Shown one piece after another: positions 1 to 28,505 of a stretch of 64,000 nt of DNA; positions within the stretch are counted from its first letter, which is position 1; every line of letters starts with the position of its first letter. Origin of the DNA: Amoebidium appalachense (Eukaryota > Protista > Ichthyosporea); contig CAVNZM010000001.1 of assembly GCA_963693365.1 (NCBI GenBank), forward strand, positions 7,518,907 to 7,582,906, in the 5' to 3' direction. The notes under the pieces were generated by a model that did not search any database, was not told where the DNA came from, and saw only the letters and a list, made by a program, of their open reading frames with translations. The translations under genes and the position numbers were made by a program.

Positions 1-357
1 TGTGATTTCTTGGAGTCTTTTCTATTACCAGCCTCTCCCTTTTCCTTACACCGGCACCGTCAGCTTTCCCGCCTTGCACTGTACGCACACAAACACGCCT
101 GTGCTCCGATGAAACCCGTAAGCGGTAACATGCAATACATAGACTTCAACACTGTGCGTCTCCTCTTGAGATCTCGGGACCCCCAGCAACCCCTCCCCCC
201 CCCCCCCCCCCCCCCCCCCTCCCCTCCTCCCCCCCCCCGCTCTCTCCCTTCCCCTTCAACCAGCCCAACTTGAACAGTTCCACTCCCCTAAACATGTTAT
301 GTTTGAATGTGCAGCAGTCAGCTGCTCGTCCGCAAGGCTCTCTATCCCTATTACTAG

Positions 358-425
<68 letters not shown>

Positions 426-537
426 GGCCCCAACCCCACAGAAAGAGAGAACAAGAGAAGACAGAAAGGAGACGATGATATAGAGACTCGAAAGGGAGGG
501 AGAAGAGAGATAGATAGATAGATAGACCAAGAGAGAG

Positions 538-659
<122 letters not shown>

Positions 660-1108
660 ACACAGACACTACTAAGAGGATCTACGGTACCGGTATAGAG
701 AGCTTGCAGTTTGCAAGTTCAACATACGTGGTGATGTCCACCCTCCCCCCCCCCCCCCCATCCCACCCCCCCCACACACGCGCGGCTTGTCCTGGTATGG
801 TCGTGTCCGGCAGTTTCAGGGGAATAGATGCACTTAGCAAGCACAAGCTTTCTATGCGAACACTCGTACAGGTTATCTGAAAACCGTTTATCAGAAAGTT
901 TCCGGCACAACCCCATCCTTCAACCACCCCGTCCCGACCCCTTCGCTTTCTCTTGCCCCCTCTCCCTCCCCCCAGGCTCAGCACACAGTGGCCGGCACAC
1001 TACACACACACACGTACGCACACACACACAAACTCACACACACAGGCACACAGGCACAGACACAAAGACACACACACACACATGCACACACTCTCACACA
1101 CGCGCGCG

Positions 1109-1166
<58 letters not shown>

Positions 1167-1274
1167 CGTGCCCCCCCCCCCCCCACCCCCGCCCCCTCCC
1201 CCTTCACAAGCGTACACACGTTTTCCCGTACTACCTTATTGTTTTCCCCTTGATTTACATTATCTGCTAGGTCA

Positions 1275-1384
1275 TCCCTGTAGTTTAGTCCCGTACGCGT
1301 GTACCTGTTTCCTATATTAATCGGCCAGGTCCCTGTAGTTTAGTCCCGTACGCGTGTACCTGTTTCCTATATTAATCGGCCAGG
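1275..1384. repeat. Exact 55-bp tandem duplication
   Basis: TCCCTGTAGTTTAGTCCCGTACGCGTGTACCTGTTTCCTATATTAATCGGCCAGG x2. Confidence 0.95.
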
Positions 1385-2224
1385 GTGCTCAGGGCCCTCT
1401 TGCCTGTATGCCTGCCTTCAGTCCCCCCTCCCCCCCCTCCCCCTCCCCGTGCCCCCCTCCCCCCCCCCCACCCAAAAAAAAAAAAGAACTTCTCCGTCCC
1501 CATAGTCTCCTTTTTTCTTCTTTTTTTTCAAGTTCTTTCCTCCTTTCCGCCTCCCCTCCCTTAATTCTTCCTTCAAAGTTTCGCCCCGCCCCTTCTCTCC
1601 TCTCCATCCCTACCTCCCTCCTTTCACCTTTCTCCACCTCCGGGCTCTACGACTTGTCTACCTGCCTGCAAATCTCTCTTTTCCTTCGCTCTGTATGTCG
1701 CTCTCAATCTTTCTAAGTCCCTTTCTTTCTCCCTCCCACTTTTTCTACCCATGATATTGTCACAAAAAGGGTCCAACCGTGACATTATGCATGAGCATGT
1801 GCACTGGGCGCTACTTTAGGTCTGACAGGCTGGAACTCATGACCTATGTAGGGTGGCTAAGCCGCTGGGCGCTTTTGTGTAACAAAGAGCCTTCTATAAG
1901 TACTTTATACAGTAATTAGCTTGTTAGAAATATACGCGCAGTACTAGCCATGAGAAAGTCTACAAAAAAGTTAAGGAAGAAGCAAAGAAGTTGCTCGGTG
2001 TAGTGTGTGGACCTGCCGCGTACGTATGTACTTTTGGCGGTGCGCGGCAAGGCTTCGTCCGCCAAAAGTCCCCGGCCGGGCGGTCGGTCACAGATCCGAT
2101 ATTCCATTTTACCCCCGTAAGGAGCATTGATCTTATTACCATAATTGGTCAGTAGATAGCTACATTTGGCTAATCAGATCAGGGCGGAGACAGAGTTTCT
2201 TATGCCAAACAAGAAGAGAAGAAA

Positions 2225-2233
2225 GGCGGGAAA
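2225..2233 (+). promoter_or_regulatory. E2F-like site GGCGGGAAA in the SUMO promoter
   Basis: Exact GGCGGGAAA about 125 nt upstream of the ATG; reverse CCAAT (ATTGG) at about 2144. Confidence 0.35.
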
Positions 2234-2355
2234 GTTTCGCAAGTCCGCTGCATGTGACGTTTTTTTTTGGCCGGCGAATTATGATTTGCATTTTCTCTTC
2301 TTTCTTCCAAAATAATTACTAGTATTGGGAACTTTTTTACGCCCACAACGTCAAG

Positions 2356-6638
<4,283 letters not shown>

Positions 6639-6992
6639 AGAAAAACCTTATTCTGCTCACTTAGTCATTTCTGATGTATCTGATAACCAGAAAGAAGAAT
6701 GCGAATGGCAAAACCAAGAAAAGAGACGAAAAGCATAGGCACCCTATGAGTCAAGCGATACGCGTAGACTTTGTTCCGGTTTTTTGGTAGGTGCCTGGGG
6801 TTTGCCACTCAGCGGTATGATTCGCCTTTGTGTCCAATATTTATTATTTGGTTTTTTTGCTGTCGGGATTTGGAATCAGGGGCGGGATATGACGTTTGTT
6901 TGTTTCGACATATTATCCTGTGACAACATATGCGAGTCACAAGGACTGTATGCATATCTGTGTGCATCAAGAGTAATACTGCTACGCACAGC

Positions 6993-6998
6993 AATAAA
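6993..6998 (+). promoter_or_regulatory. Candidate polyadenylation signal of SUMO
   Basis: AATAAA about 355 nt after the SUMO stop, followed by GT-rich sequence. Confidence 0.4.
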
Positions 6999-7048
6999 GT
7001 ATTGTGTGCCGAAAGCATTGTGTGCTGTCATTGGCAAGAGAGCCCCCC

Positions 7049-7284
7049 ACCCACCCAAGTTCAGTTGATGCTGCTGTCTGAGTTGGAGCGTCGTATATAC
7101 GCGGGCTAAGGGGTCGAAACTCAGACGCAATTGATGACTTGGGCCCTCCCTGAGGATGGGCTCTGCTTATGACGCATACTGTGCGCATGGCTGATGCTGC
7201 ATACTTGAATGTTTGCCTTTGCATGTGTCCTGCACCATGCTTCTCATCGTGTATGCGTACTTCGTACTGTGTTCCGCATTCAAA
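7049..7284 (+). mobile_element. Poly(C)-tailed dispersed repeat, subfamily A, copy 1
   Basis: Near-identical to the copies at 16101, 17698, 35864 and 44240; ends GTACTTCGTAC...CGCATTCAAA followed by a C run. Confidence 0.85.
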
Positions 7285-8615
7285 CCCCCCCCCCCCCCCC
7301 CCCCCCCCTCCTCTCTCTCTCCTCCTCCTCCTCCTCCCCCCCTCCGGATCGATCAAATCCCTCCCTCTTTCCCTCCCTACGTCCCTCCCTCCCTCCTCCG
7401 AGATCACCCTCTAATTAGGATTGCTTGTCCCTGACATGAAACGGGTGGCCCATGCTAGTGGTCGTCCAAGGTGTATCTATGCGTATATATCTGAGTTTTG
7501 TTTCTTTGTTTTCAAACATGTGGGCGAGGTGACTTAATGGGTCGATCACGGCACGTTTGTACATATACGTGCGTACGGACGATTTTGCCCTCCATTAGGC
7601 TTGAGGGTGGGCTCTACTTGTGATTGTGGGTGGGCTTTATATTGCAGATTGTGGATGTATGCATGTGTCGCAACTGCGGACGTGCGCGTCGTAATTATTA
7701 TAAAACAATAAAAAAAAAATAATAAAAAAAGGGGGGCCGGATTTGGATGTGTAGAGAACTCGAGCTGCAGCTGTACAGCTGTGTTGAAAGCATCCCCCCC
7801 CCCTCCTCTCTCGACTCTCTCTCTCAGGCCCGGTGTGTTGAAACTGGGATATATATTCGATGCCAGCCTCCATCGTATACAGTATGAAAATGTGAACAGG
7901 CCGCGCCTGGTATATAGCGGCTGGTCCGGATCCAATACAGCAACGTTTACAGTAACAGTTACCGCAAGATTTTTTGTGACACATGTATTCTCTACCATCA
8001 TATGCATAATGTTGACGCTTACGTAGGACGGCTTCCATAGCCAAGGTCCGGCCAGCTGTAGATTTCATTTTGCTTTTAATATGCACGCACGTGCTTCGTG
8101 TGTGTAGTAAACGAGCAGCCGCAACTGTGTAACTCTAAATTTGCATATTCTGCTCCGTTGATGCAAATTATAGTTATAGTGTCGTGTACATAGTATACCC
8201 GTACTATCTCATAATTATATGGACTCGTCACATGCACATCCCATGACAACCTAAGAATGTCATCGCTAATAAAAGTAGGCAGGCAGTCCAGTGATCATGT
8301 GTTTGATTCGTTCTCCCGAGTACCCGTGTATGCAAGGAAAGTGTCTCCCCCCTCCCCCTCCCCCCACCCACCCACCCACCTGAACACACACAAACCACCA
8401 CCACCACCACCACTAAGTACAACGTTTTGTGCATGAAGTTATGACATTGGCTAACTAACATAAAATCTACTGAACATCCACTCATAAAAACCTACACATT
8501 TTTTTCCATCAACAACTTGGAATTCTCCGTTTCTGTGCCCTTATCACCATACATGGCACACACAAACACATCCCTGCCCCATATATCACTGCGTCTCCTA
8601 CATATGCACACACCC

Positions 8616-19889
<11,274 letters not shown>

Positions 19890-20819
19890 GGCTCCGCTAT
19901 TGTGTGCTCCCTGAAAGAACTATACGCTGTTGTACTGACTTATATCCGTCTCTGGTGTCTACTTCATGGGATGATGACGTGGCGTGTGGCTGTTCTGCAT
20001 CAACGACTCCGCGCGCTTAATTCCCGTAGTAGCTACTCTAAAAAACCAGACATGGCCCTAACACAATCATGTCTTTGGTGCTATATTACTTATAGTTTAG
20101 GTCGCTACTCCTTATATACTGTTATACATGTCGCCCTTTTCCCGTCAGATGTTGTAACAGTTGTACACCCTCTCTCGCCGTTCAGTTTTGCTGATCATCT
20201 GATATATCACCTCCCTCGCTACTGTCGGGAGCGATACATATGACTCGTGCGAGGGCCGAGGCCTGGCCGTCGCCAGATATGTTTCAGCTGACACCTTGAT
20301 CGCTTCTGCGTGATGATGTTATCGAGTGTGTGCACTGGGCAGTGGGCACTGGCTTTGAGCTCCAACAATAGCGCCACGGTAGGGGGCTGGGACGTATGCC
20401 TTCCAAACTAAAACATTCAGGATGTCTGTGTTACAGATTACTACCCCACCTCAGAAAGTTTGACTATAGCAGGTAGCTACGCCGGAGACGGCCAGCTCTT
20501 GCAATGAGAGTGCCTTGGATGCATGGAACAGTAGATCTAGAGATAAGGAAAGCTATTGCAATCGCCAAGCCTACCTACTACACTAGCCGTGGCCACTGGC
20601 ACCCCATCCATCAAGGAAACACACAGTACACCGAAGACCATGGTGTGTTGGCACTGGGAATGACTGGTGTATACCGTGTAGCTATAGATCTCTCTATAGG
20701 GTGGTGGTTGGGCTCTGCTTTCACAGGTAAACAATACCGTGATATTTGCTGTGTCCATATCAACGCCTATAGCACATGTACGGGCGGTAATGACGTTCAT
20801 ACACATACAACACATAACA

Positions 20820-20935
20820 CTCTACATATACATATGTACTACTTGAACGCTTACGTATGTACGTGTACACACACAAATTTGTGTGTGTACACGTACATAC
20901 GTAAGCGTTCAAGTAGTACATATGTATATGTAGAG
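20820..20935. repeat. Perfect 116-bp palindrome without spacer
   Basis: CTCTACATATACATATGTACTACTTGAACGCTTACG...ACAAA|TTTGT...GTAGAG, centre between 20877 and 20878. Confidence 0.95.
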
Positions 20936-21327
20936 ACATGGATATCGAATGATGCATTCACATGCTTTATAATTATACACGCATTAGTATTCTTGTAGCT
21001 ACTTCTTTCTTTTTTACATACACACTGGCAGTGTACACACACAAAAGAAAAGAAGAAGAGAACACACACCAACACACGTGCACATAAATTCCTACATATT
21101 TGTGTGTATCTGCACGTGCGTGTGAAGTGTGTGTCTGTGTGTGTGTGTGTGCGTGTGTGTGCATGCGTGTGCGTGTGCGTGTGTATGTGTATGTGTGTGT
21201 GTGTATGTGTGTGTGTGTGTGTGCGCGCGTGCGCGCGCGTGTTGTAGTGTGTGTGTGTACCTGGAGTTTGCGCAGACATATGTGCTTCTGCGTGCTTCAA
21301 CTGTGTTTGATTTTGGGTACCTCACCA

Positions 21328-21376
<49 letters not shown>

Positions 21377-22545
21377 TGCGGAGGCGGTGGTTAGATCTAG
21401 ACTTGATGTTGTTACGATATTGTTACATGTCGGAGTGAAATTATTATTCGGGACAAGGATAGGTAAAGCAGAGACACAGTGGTGCAGTGTAAAAACACCA
21501 CGAATAGCACTTATGGCGGATGCTACATCGTGGACAACCAAGGAGCCGTAGCAGACTTGCTTGCTTTGAATTTGCTTCGACTGAGCTGTACTCTGAGTGC
21601 ACGTCCGACTTATCCAGTAAGCTGGGCACAGATGGGCAATATGGAGACATGATATACAGCCAATCAGATATCAATATGAACATGCTATAGTCAATTTCGC
21701 GGTCATGTACATGTATTTATATAGTTATTCACATAAATATACAAACATTGAATCTACTTGATCACAATATTATTACCATGGTCTGATATGTGCACAGCTC
21801 TTGGCGTGCAGGTGTAGTACGTCAGGAACACGTACACTAGACCTATCAGAATGGAGAGAGCAAGAACGTGTATCCAAAGGGCAAATCATTGGATACAGAG
21901 GAAGGAGCAACCTTTCACTGAGAGAGGGAGAGAGAGAGGAACAGATAATATATGATTTCTACAGAATGTATACTATAGTACGCAACAACTTCGAATCCTT
22001 GCAACTCTAGAAAATACACACATGAACGTGTATTTTAACACGGAGGCTGAGAGAGATGACATGCGTGTGCCCTGATCATGACATTTCCTCCCCCCAATAT
22101 TATGTGAAACTGTCTGACAAATACCTTCGTAACCACGAGACAATTTACAACATACTATATCGTTAAATCAAAAAAAAAAAAACTGAAGATATACAACCAT
22201 ACCAATCTTCAGTATCAATCTGTCATGCCCACAACAACGGGGATAATCACGCGCAAAACGTCAGGTACGGAACCATAAGCACCATAACGAAACAAAAAAT
22301 ACCGAATTTCCGGCCCAAAATCCCCTCAGATATAAACCACAGTGCTCAGAATGGAGCACGTGGTAATAAAATCGGGGGGCAAAAATAAATGTGCCATGCA
22401 CACCCAACTTGATACCGATGCCCGTATATACAGTCCGTATCAACCAAACCCAGAACTCTTTTGAAATTGCGTAGCATGCACACATCATCACAGTATCGCA
22501 TTGAAAACCCGGTCCATAATAAACCGGAAAACTAAAAAACAAAAA

Positions 22546-22690
22546 TCAGTGACATGCACAACCCCCGCCTGTTTGCTCCTGCATGACACAGATCTCGTGC
22601 TCCTCCGATGGGTCCATGTTGTGCTGCAGGAGAATGGCAGGTTGAGCAGGGGGGGGGGGGGAGTGGAGGGGGATTGGGGGGAGGGGGTCA

Positions 22691-22728
<38 letters not shown>

Positions 22729-22753
22729 CTGTGTGTTTATGTGTGTATGTGTG

Positions 22754-22842
<89 letters not shown>

Positions 22843-23048
22843 GTGTATGTGTGTGTGCGTGTGTGTGCGTGTTTGTTGGGGGGTGGGAGGGGGGTTGGGG
22901 GGGAAGGGGATAGGGGGCGAGGGGAGGTGGAAAGGGGGAGGGGGGGGGGGGGGGGTTTGAGACCCTGCCATGTTTAAATCTCCCTGTCTCCCCCCAGCAC
23001 TCAGTCCCTCTGTCCTGCACTGAATCCCCTCCTCCCTCCCTCCCTCCC

Positions 23049-23081
<33 letters not shown>

Positions 23082-24380
23082 ACACACACACACCAAACAC
23101 ACACATACACCCCAAAAAAAAGAAAACAGAAAAAGAACGAACGAAAAGAAAAGAAAGAAAGAACGAATGAACGAAAGCAAGAATAAACAGAGGGGAAAAC
23201 GAACGAATGTATGATGCATGAAAAGGAGACAAGAAGAGGTGGAAAAAAAGGGGGGGGGGGGGACAAGACAAAGGGAAAAGAATAGGAAGGTTTAGGATGG
23301 AACAGGTTGAGGGGGTTGGGATAGGGGCAGACAAATATCGAGCTCGAAAGGGGGACGTGGGGGATTAAGGCGGGCGGGCAGGGGGGGGGGGGGGGGGGGG
23401 GGGCATTTGCGTCAGGGTCATGGGGAAACGCTGGGGGGGGGGCCCCCATGGATGGGGTTGAGCGGGGATACGGGAGGAGATGGCTGGCTAGTGATGGAGA
23501 ATTGAACAAAACGGGAAACAAAAAAGGCACGAAATGGCTGCTGAAAGGGGCAATGCCGGGCGGAGACAAAGGGAAAGAGGGGTGCAAGGTGGAGGGAGGG
23601 AGGGTTTTTTTTTTTTTGTTTTTTTTTTTTGGGAGAGGGGGGGGGGGGATTCGGGGGGAGAGGTGCAAGGGGGAGGGGGGGGGGGTTTGGGGGGGGGGGG
23701 GGGGGGGGGGAGGTTAGAATGTGTTATAGAGTACGAAGTACGTATTCATAACAGACAACACAATGCAGAATGCAGACCACATATGCATAATAGGTAGGGA
23801 AGGGGCATAAAGGGTGTGTGTGTAGGGAGGGGAGGGGGGGTGGGGGGGGGAAGGGGGGGTCTGCAAACGTACATCTGCCGGTGTAGTATCTCCCTTGATA
23901 CGGACGGAATCATACAGAAACCGCATCTCCTTGGGGTCCAGGCTGAACTTCTCGCAGTAAACATTCATCATTTTTTGGAACTTGGCGTCTGGTCGTAGCT
24001 TGAACTTCACTCGGTGGTCCTGTGCGTGGAAGGTCGCCTCTTTAGTTACTTTTAGCCCACGAACCCTCTTTATCCTTACTATCCGTTTTTTACAAAAAGA
24101 GCTCCAAGCTCCCTTTTTAAACTCTCTCCCTCTAATACATAGCCCCCCCCCCCCCCCCCCCCGCGCGGTTTCCGCGGTCATGTGACCTTCTTTCTCTACA
24201 ACCTCCGTAGTGTCTATTCCACCTCGTTTGTTTCCTCCATCCTCACCCCACCCCTGCACCTAATGGCTACGTTTCCGTTTTCCCGTACTCCCTACCTGCT
24301 AATGATTTCGTTTTGATTATGTGTGTGTGTGTGTGTGCGTGTGCATTTGTGTGTGCGTGTGAGCGCATGCCTGTGTGTGT

Positions 24381-24427
<47 letters not shown>

Positions 24428-25908
24428 CGCGCGTGTGCGCGGCCCATGTGCGCACTCAGGCCTGTGTGTATGGAATGGCAGGCAGACGAAACATGTACAT
24501 GCAAGGGTCCTGGTATTTGCATGCATGTGTGTGTGAGGAGGCTGAATTTGCTATCTCGTGTAGGTAGGAAACCAATTGGTAAAGCGCAAGAGACCGTTAA
24601 GAAAGCGAGAGTATGCTGACCGGCAACGGGAGAGAAAAAGAAGCTAGGGTAGTGTGTCAGTGCAGGACGTAAGGGAGGGATTCGACGAGTAGGTACCGGG
24701 AGGAAGGGGGGAAGAGGCCTAAAAAGGAAGGGGGGGGGGGGGGGAGGGGGGGGAGGGCAGGAAGAAAGATGCAGTTTAAGGGCGATGAAACAGGAAACGA
24801 AGAAGACTTTGGGGGGGGAAGGGGGGGGGGGGGGGGGGGGGGTAGTTGACCGCTAGTTCCGTTAGGCTCTTTCATGTTCTTACCCTTTCACCTCCTCTTT
24901 TCCCAAGGCTTCTAATTGCTATTCAACCATCACTCATTCATTCATTTCCCTCCCACCTTGCCCCTGTTCCAGCTCCCACAATCTCTCTTCTGTGGCCCTC
25001 GCTGTGCCTGAATATGTGCGGGGGGTTACCGGGGAGGGGCGGGGGGAGGGGGGGGGGGGGGAATGGGAATACAGGGGGTCGTGGGGTGATTGGAGGGGTG
25101 GGGAAAGAAGACGATGCATTACCCTCCTCCCATTTTTGCTTTAAAGTAGGCACAGAAGTGTCGCATGTGGGTGTGTGGCCATGTGAACGTGGTGTTGCAT
25201 GGGTGTCTGCGCATGTGTGTACGTTTGTGTGTGTGTGCAGCCCGACATAAAAGGATGTAGAAGATATTTTCAGGGATGCTTACATCTCTAGCTACGATGA
25301 CGGTCACCTGGAGTTTTTCCTTCTGTAGGTGTATAGGGTTCAGTAGACACGTTTGCGCAACCACATTGTCCGAAGCAGAAAAGCCAAAAAAAAACGCAGC
25401 AACACCAACGTGGGACCAGGTGGGATTAAAAAGTTACATTGAAACACTACCAACTATTTCTTAGTCATCTCTGCCACTCCTCTTAGGAACAAACGTCCGG
25501 GCTTAATAATCCACAAGCCTATTGCCAGCAAATAGGTGAACAAAAAGCACCTTACTTGCTCTTTATTTCCTGTCAAATCCCACCCATAGTTCCCTTCCTC
25601 ATCCTGTCCATCCCTTCCCCCTCCCCCCCCCCCCCCCCTCCGGGCTCCCCCGTCACACATCTCTCCCTCCTCCCCCCCCTCCCTCCCCCTCCCTCCCATC
25701 CCGGCCCGGTTCCAGACAAGTTTTACTTTCGAAAAACAGGAAAACCTATGATAGGCCCCATATTAAAACTTCCATGTACTCTCCCACAGTAACAACTACG
25801 GGGCCGTGATAGAAAGATGGGTTGCTTCTCGCTGTCTCCATGAAAACCACTTTCGACAGGTCAGCAATCTACGAACGTACGTACCTTGTCCTCGTTTTCG
25901 GCTGCCAT
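22546..25908 (-). CDS. Divergent SUMO paralogue, 95 aa, 4 exons
   Basis: Exons 25908-25885, 25322-25284, 24019-23873, 22623-22546, all phase 0. Protein: MAAENEDK|KEKLQVTVIVARD|DHRVKFKLRPDAKFQKMMNVYCEKFSLDPKEMRFLYDSVRIKGDTTPAD|HNMDPSEEHEICVMQEQTGGGCACH*. RFLYD, TPAD and EQTGG are SUMO-like, and intron positions match the SUMO gene at 2356-6638. Confidence 0.9.
23712..23800 (-). repeat. Diverged 3'-end fragment of the poly(C)-tailed repeat
   Basis: GGTTAGAATG...GTACGAAGTACG...TATGCATAATA after a G run. Confidence 0.6.
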
Positions 25909-26169
25909 TTCCAAAGGAGTGCAGAAAAAAACGCTTCTTTCGTTTTGTACCTTTATGCTTTCCTTTCTAAATTTATAATCGCTTTACTAGCCTTACTATT
26001 TTAGAGAAGCATTCGGTGCACACGTTTACTTCTCAGCTTTCTAAGTCTCGCAAAACCTCGCGCTTCTTGAGACATGAACTCGTTCAAGGGAACAAGGGGC
26101 ACACTACTGGACACACTTTGAAAGCATGCTGCTCATTTGCTGAGTTTTTTGGCTCAGGATTTGGAGTCG

Positions 26170-26200
26170 GTGATTGGCTTAAAGTCAAAATGGCGGGAAA
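26170..26200. promoter_or_regulatory. Promoter motif cluster upstream of the SUMO paralogue (CCAAT, YY1-like CAAAATGGCGG, E2F-like GGCGGGAAA)
   Basis: GTGATTGGCT followed by CAAAATGGCGGGAAA about 270-290 nt upstream of the ATG at 25908. Confidence 0.35.
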
Positions 26201-26832
26201 CTTCATCCAATCAGCTTTCCTTGTTGTTGAAAATGTAACAACGTAATGAACGACACCGGGGACACAAGTTTGGTTTGTGTTTGTGTGAAGGAAAAAGAAG
26301 AAGAGCTCCTGGCTCCGCCCCCCCCTTTTATACTGTTTATTGTGACGGGGGGGCTCTACGTTTCGGGGGGGTTCTTCACATATAGAGTTGCTAGGGGTGG
26401 TCGGTATTCTATGTCACAAAAACCTAAAACGGTGGCAAAATCCCGAAAAGTGCACTTTGGAAAGTTTGCGTGAACTTCGTGAGCTCAAAGAGTAATAAAG
26501 CCAACAATCAGCTGTGTTTCTCAGTATTTGAGTGCATTATGTGCCTAGGCATCCAAATATGTGAGAGCTGGACAATAGAGAGCACAGTTTTTTCTAAATG
26601 AAGTAAACATATATAAGAACCGACCTCGACAAGCTGGAGGGAACATGTGTGCATGCATATGCGCACAATCAGCGAGGGAAAGAGCGAGATAAAAGCTCAA
26701 CATTCGTGCACTGCATGCTATAGCGTGTGCTACACCGTCTTTCCGTGTGTAATCGGGTTTATGACACGTGTATGTGGATGACATTGTGAGTGTGGGTACG
26801 GATGTGGCCTTGGGTGTGCTGTGTGTGTGTGT

Positions 26833-26883
<51 letters not shown>

Positions 26884-27156
26884 TGCGTGTGTGCGTGCGT
26901 GCGTGTGTGTGTGTGTGAGTCGCAGTGCGTGCGTCTTTGTATGGGCGTGCGTTTGTCTGTTTGTGCGCGTGTGTGCGCGTGTGTACGCGTGTGGTGTGTG
27001 CATGTTTGCGTGCATCTGCGTGTGTGTGTGTGCGTGTGCGCGCGTGTGAGAGAGAGCGAGCGAGCGAGAGAGAGAGGGAGGGAGAGAGGGAGAGAGGAAG
27101 AGAGAGAGAGAGGGAGACAGAGAGGGGGGGGGGGAGGAGAGAGAGAGGGGGGGGGG

Positions 27157-27230
<74 letters not shown>

Positions 27231-27243
27231 AAGAGTGTGTGTA

Positions 27244-27279
<36 letters not shown>

Positions 27280-27876
27280 GTGCAGGTATTACAAGTCAGG
27301 CCGGGGCTGGGGGCTGGGTGGAGGGAGGGGGAGGGGGGAGGGAGGGAGGGGTTGGGTGAGGAGGGGGGGAGGGGGGTGGAGGAAAGGATGGGGGGGGGGG
27401 GGGGGGGGGGGGGAGAGGAGGATTAGAATTCCAAGTGGCCACGTCGCTGGTGGAGTAGAACGAGTATAGTGTCTGTTCAAGCAGAAGAGCAATGATTATG
27501 GCAAAGTTGGGGAAGAAGGCTTATGGCAGTTGAAGGGTGATACTCTGGCTGTCCGCGGAATTTAATAAGTAATTACGGGCGCAGCGGGGGGATCATGAGT
27601 TAGATGGCAAGTTGGTGTGACACGTTGGTAGTTGTGTGTGTGACTGTGCTGCTGTATGTGAAGTGTGTTTTTTCCTTTTTCTCTCCCTTTTTTGATAATT
27701 TTTTTTGTTTTTGTGTCTCCCATTCTTTTGTGCCGGCTGGGTGGGTGAGTGGGGGTGTGGGGGGAAGAGGGGTAGGGGGGGGGGGGAGGGGCGGGAGGGA
27801 GGGCTATATTTGTGTGCACTGATGTTATACTCTCTGTGCCGGTGTGTGCAATGTGCGCTCCGGTGTGTTTGTGTAG

Positions 27877-27907
<31 letters not shown>

Positions 27908-28166
27908 GGGGGGGGGGGGAAGGGGGAAGGGAGGGGGGAGGGGAGGGGGGGAGGGGGGGGAGGGGAGGGGGAGGTGGGCAAAGGCCGGATGCATGAAGTA
28001 TGAAGCCTGACGTTTTCTAAAATACTAATGGGCTATGTAAGCCGGTGACGCATCATTCCAAATTAGCCCCGTGATAACCAGCATATCATGATAGCGATAA
28101 ACAATACAGACTAGTCGTGCCACCTGGGAACCCCCCGTGGTGTACACGTGTGTTTGTGTGGTGGGG

Positions 28167-28223
<57 letters not shown>

Positions 28224-28505
28224 TTGCGATTGTCCCCAATGGAGGCTCCTGGAGCGGTTCAAAAGATGGAAATCGAAAAGAATGACAAAGACCCAACAAT
28301 TGGCTCAACTTTTTAATTTCAAGAGCCCCCCTCCTCCCCCTCCGCCCCCTCCCTCCCCGCCCCCCCCCCCCCCCAAAAAAAAAAAGAAAGAAAGAAACTT
28401 CGAAAGAAAAAAAAACGATCGGGAGAAACTTTGATCCAACCCAACGGAAACATAGCAGCACACACGCACACACACAAACTGCACATATCTCATCAGTGCA
28501 TTGCA

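Noticed and set aside
7132-7153. TGATGA...CTGA read as a box C/D snoRNA in the repeat
   Set aside because: The boxes are only about 12 nt apart, box C is GGATGA in subfamily B, and the copies behave like truncated mobile elements.
20150-21700. Protein-like fragments upstream of AMPK (e.g. VVQCKNTTNSTYGGCYIVDNQG near 21480-21545)
   Set aside because: Broken by stops with no coherent gene model; a decayed gene is possible but cannot be supported without a TBLASTX or HMM search.
25556-25569. Possible 14-nt micro-exon (AG|GAAATAAAGAGCAA|GTAAG) in the SUMO paralogue
   Set aside because: Would shift the frame, and exons 1 and 2 join cleanly without it; it could be a poison exon but there is no support.
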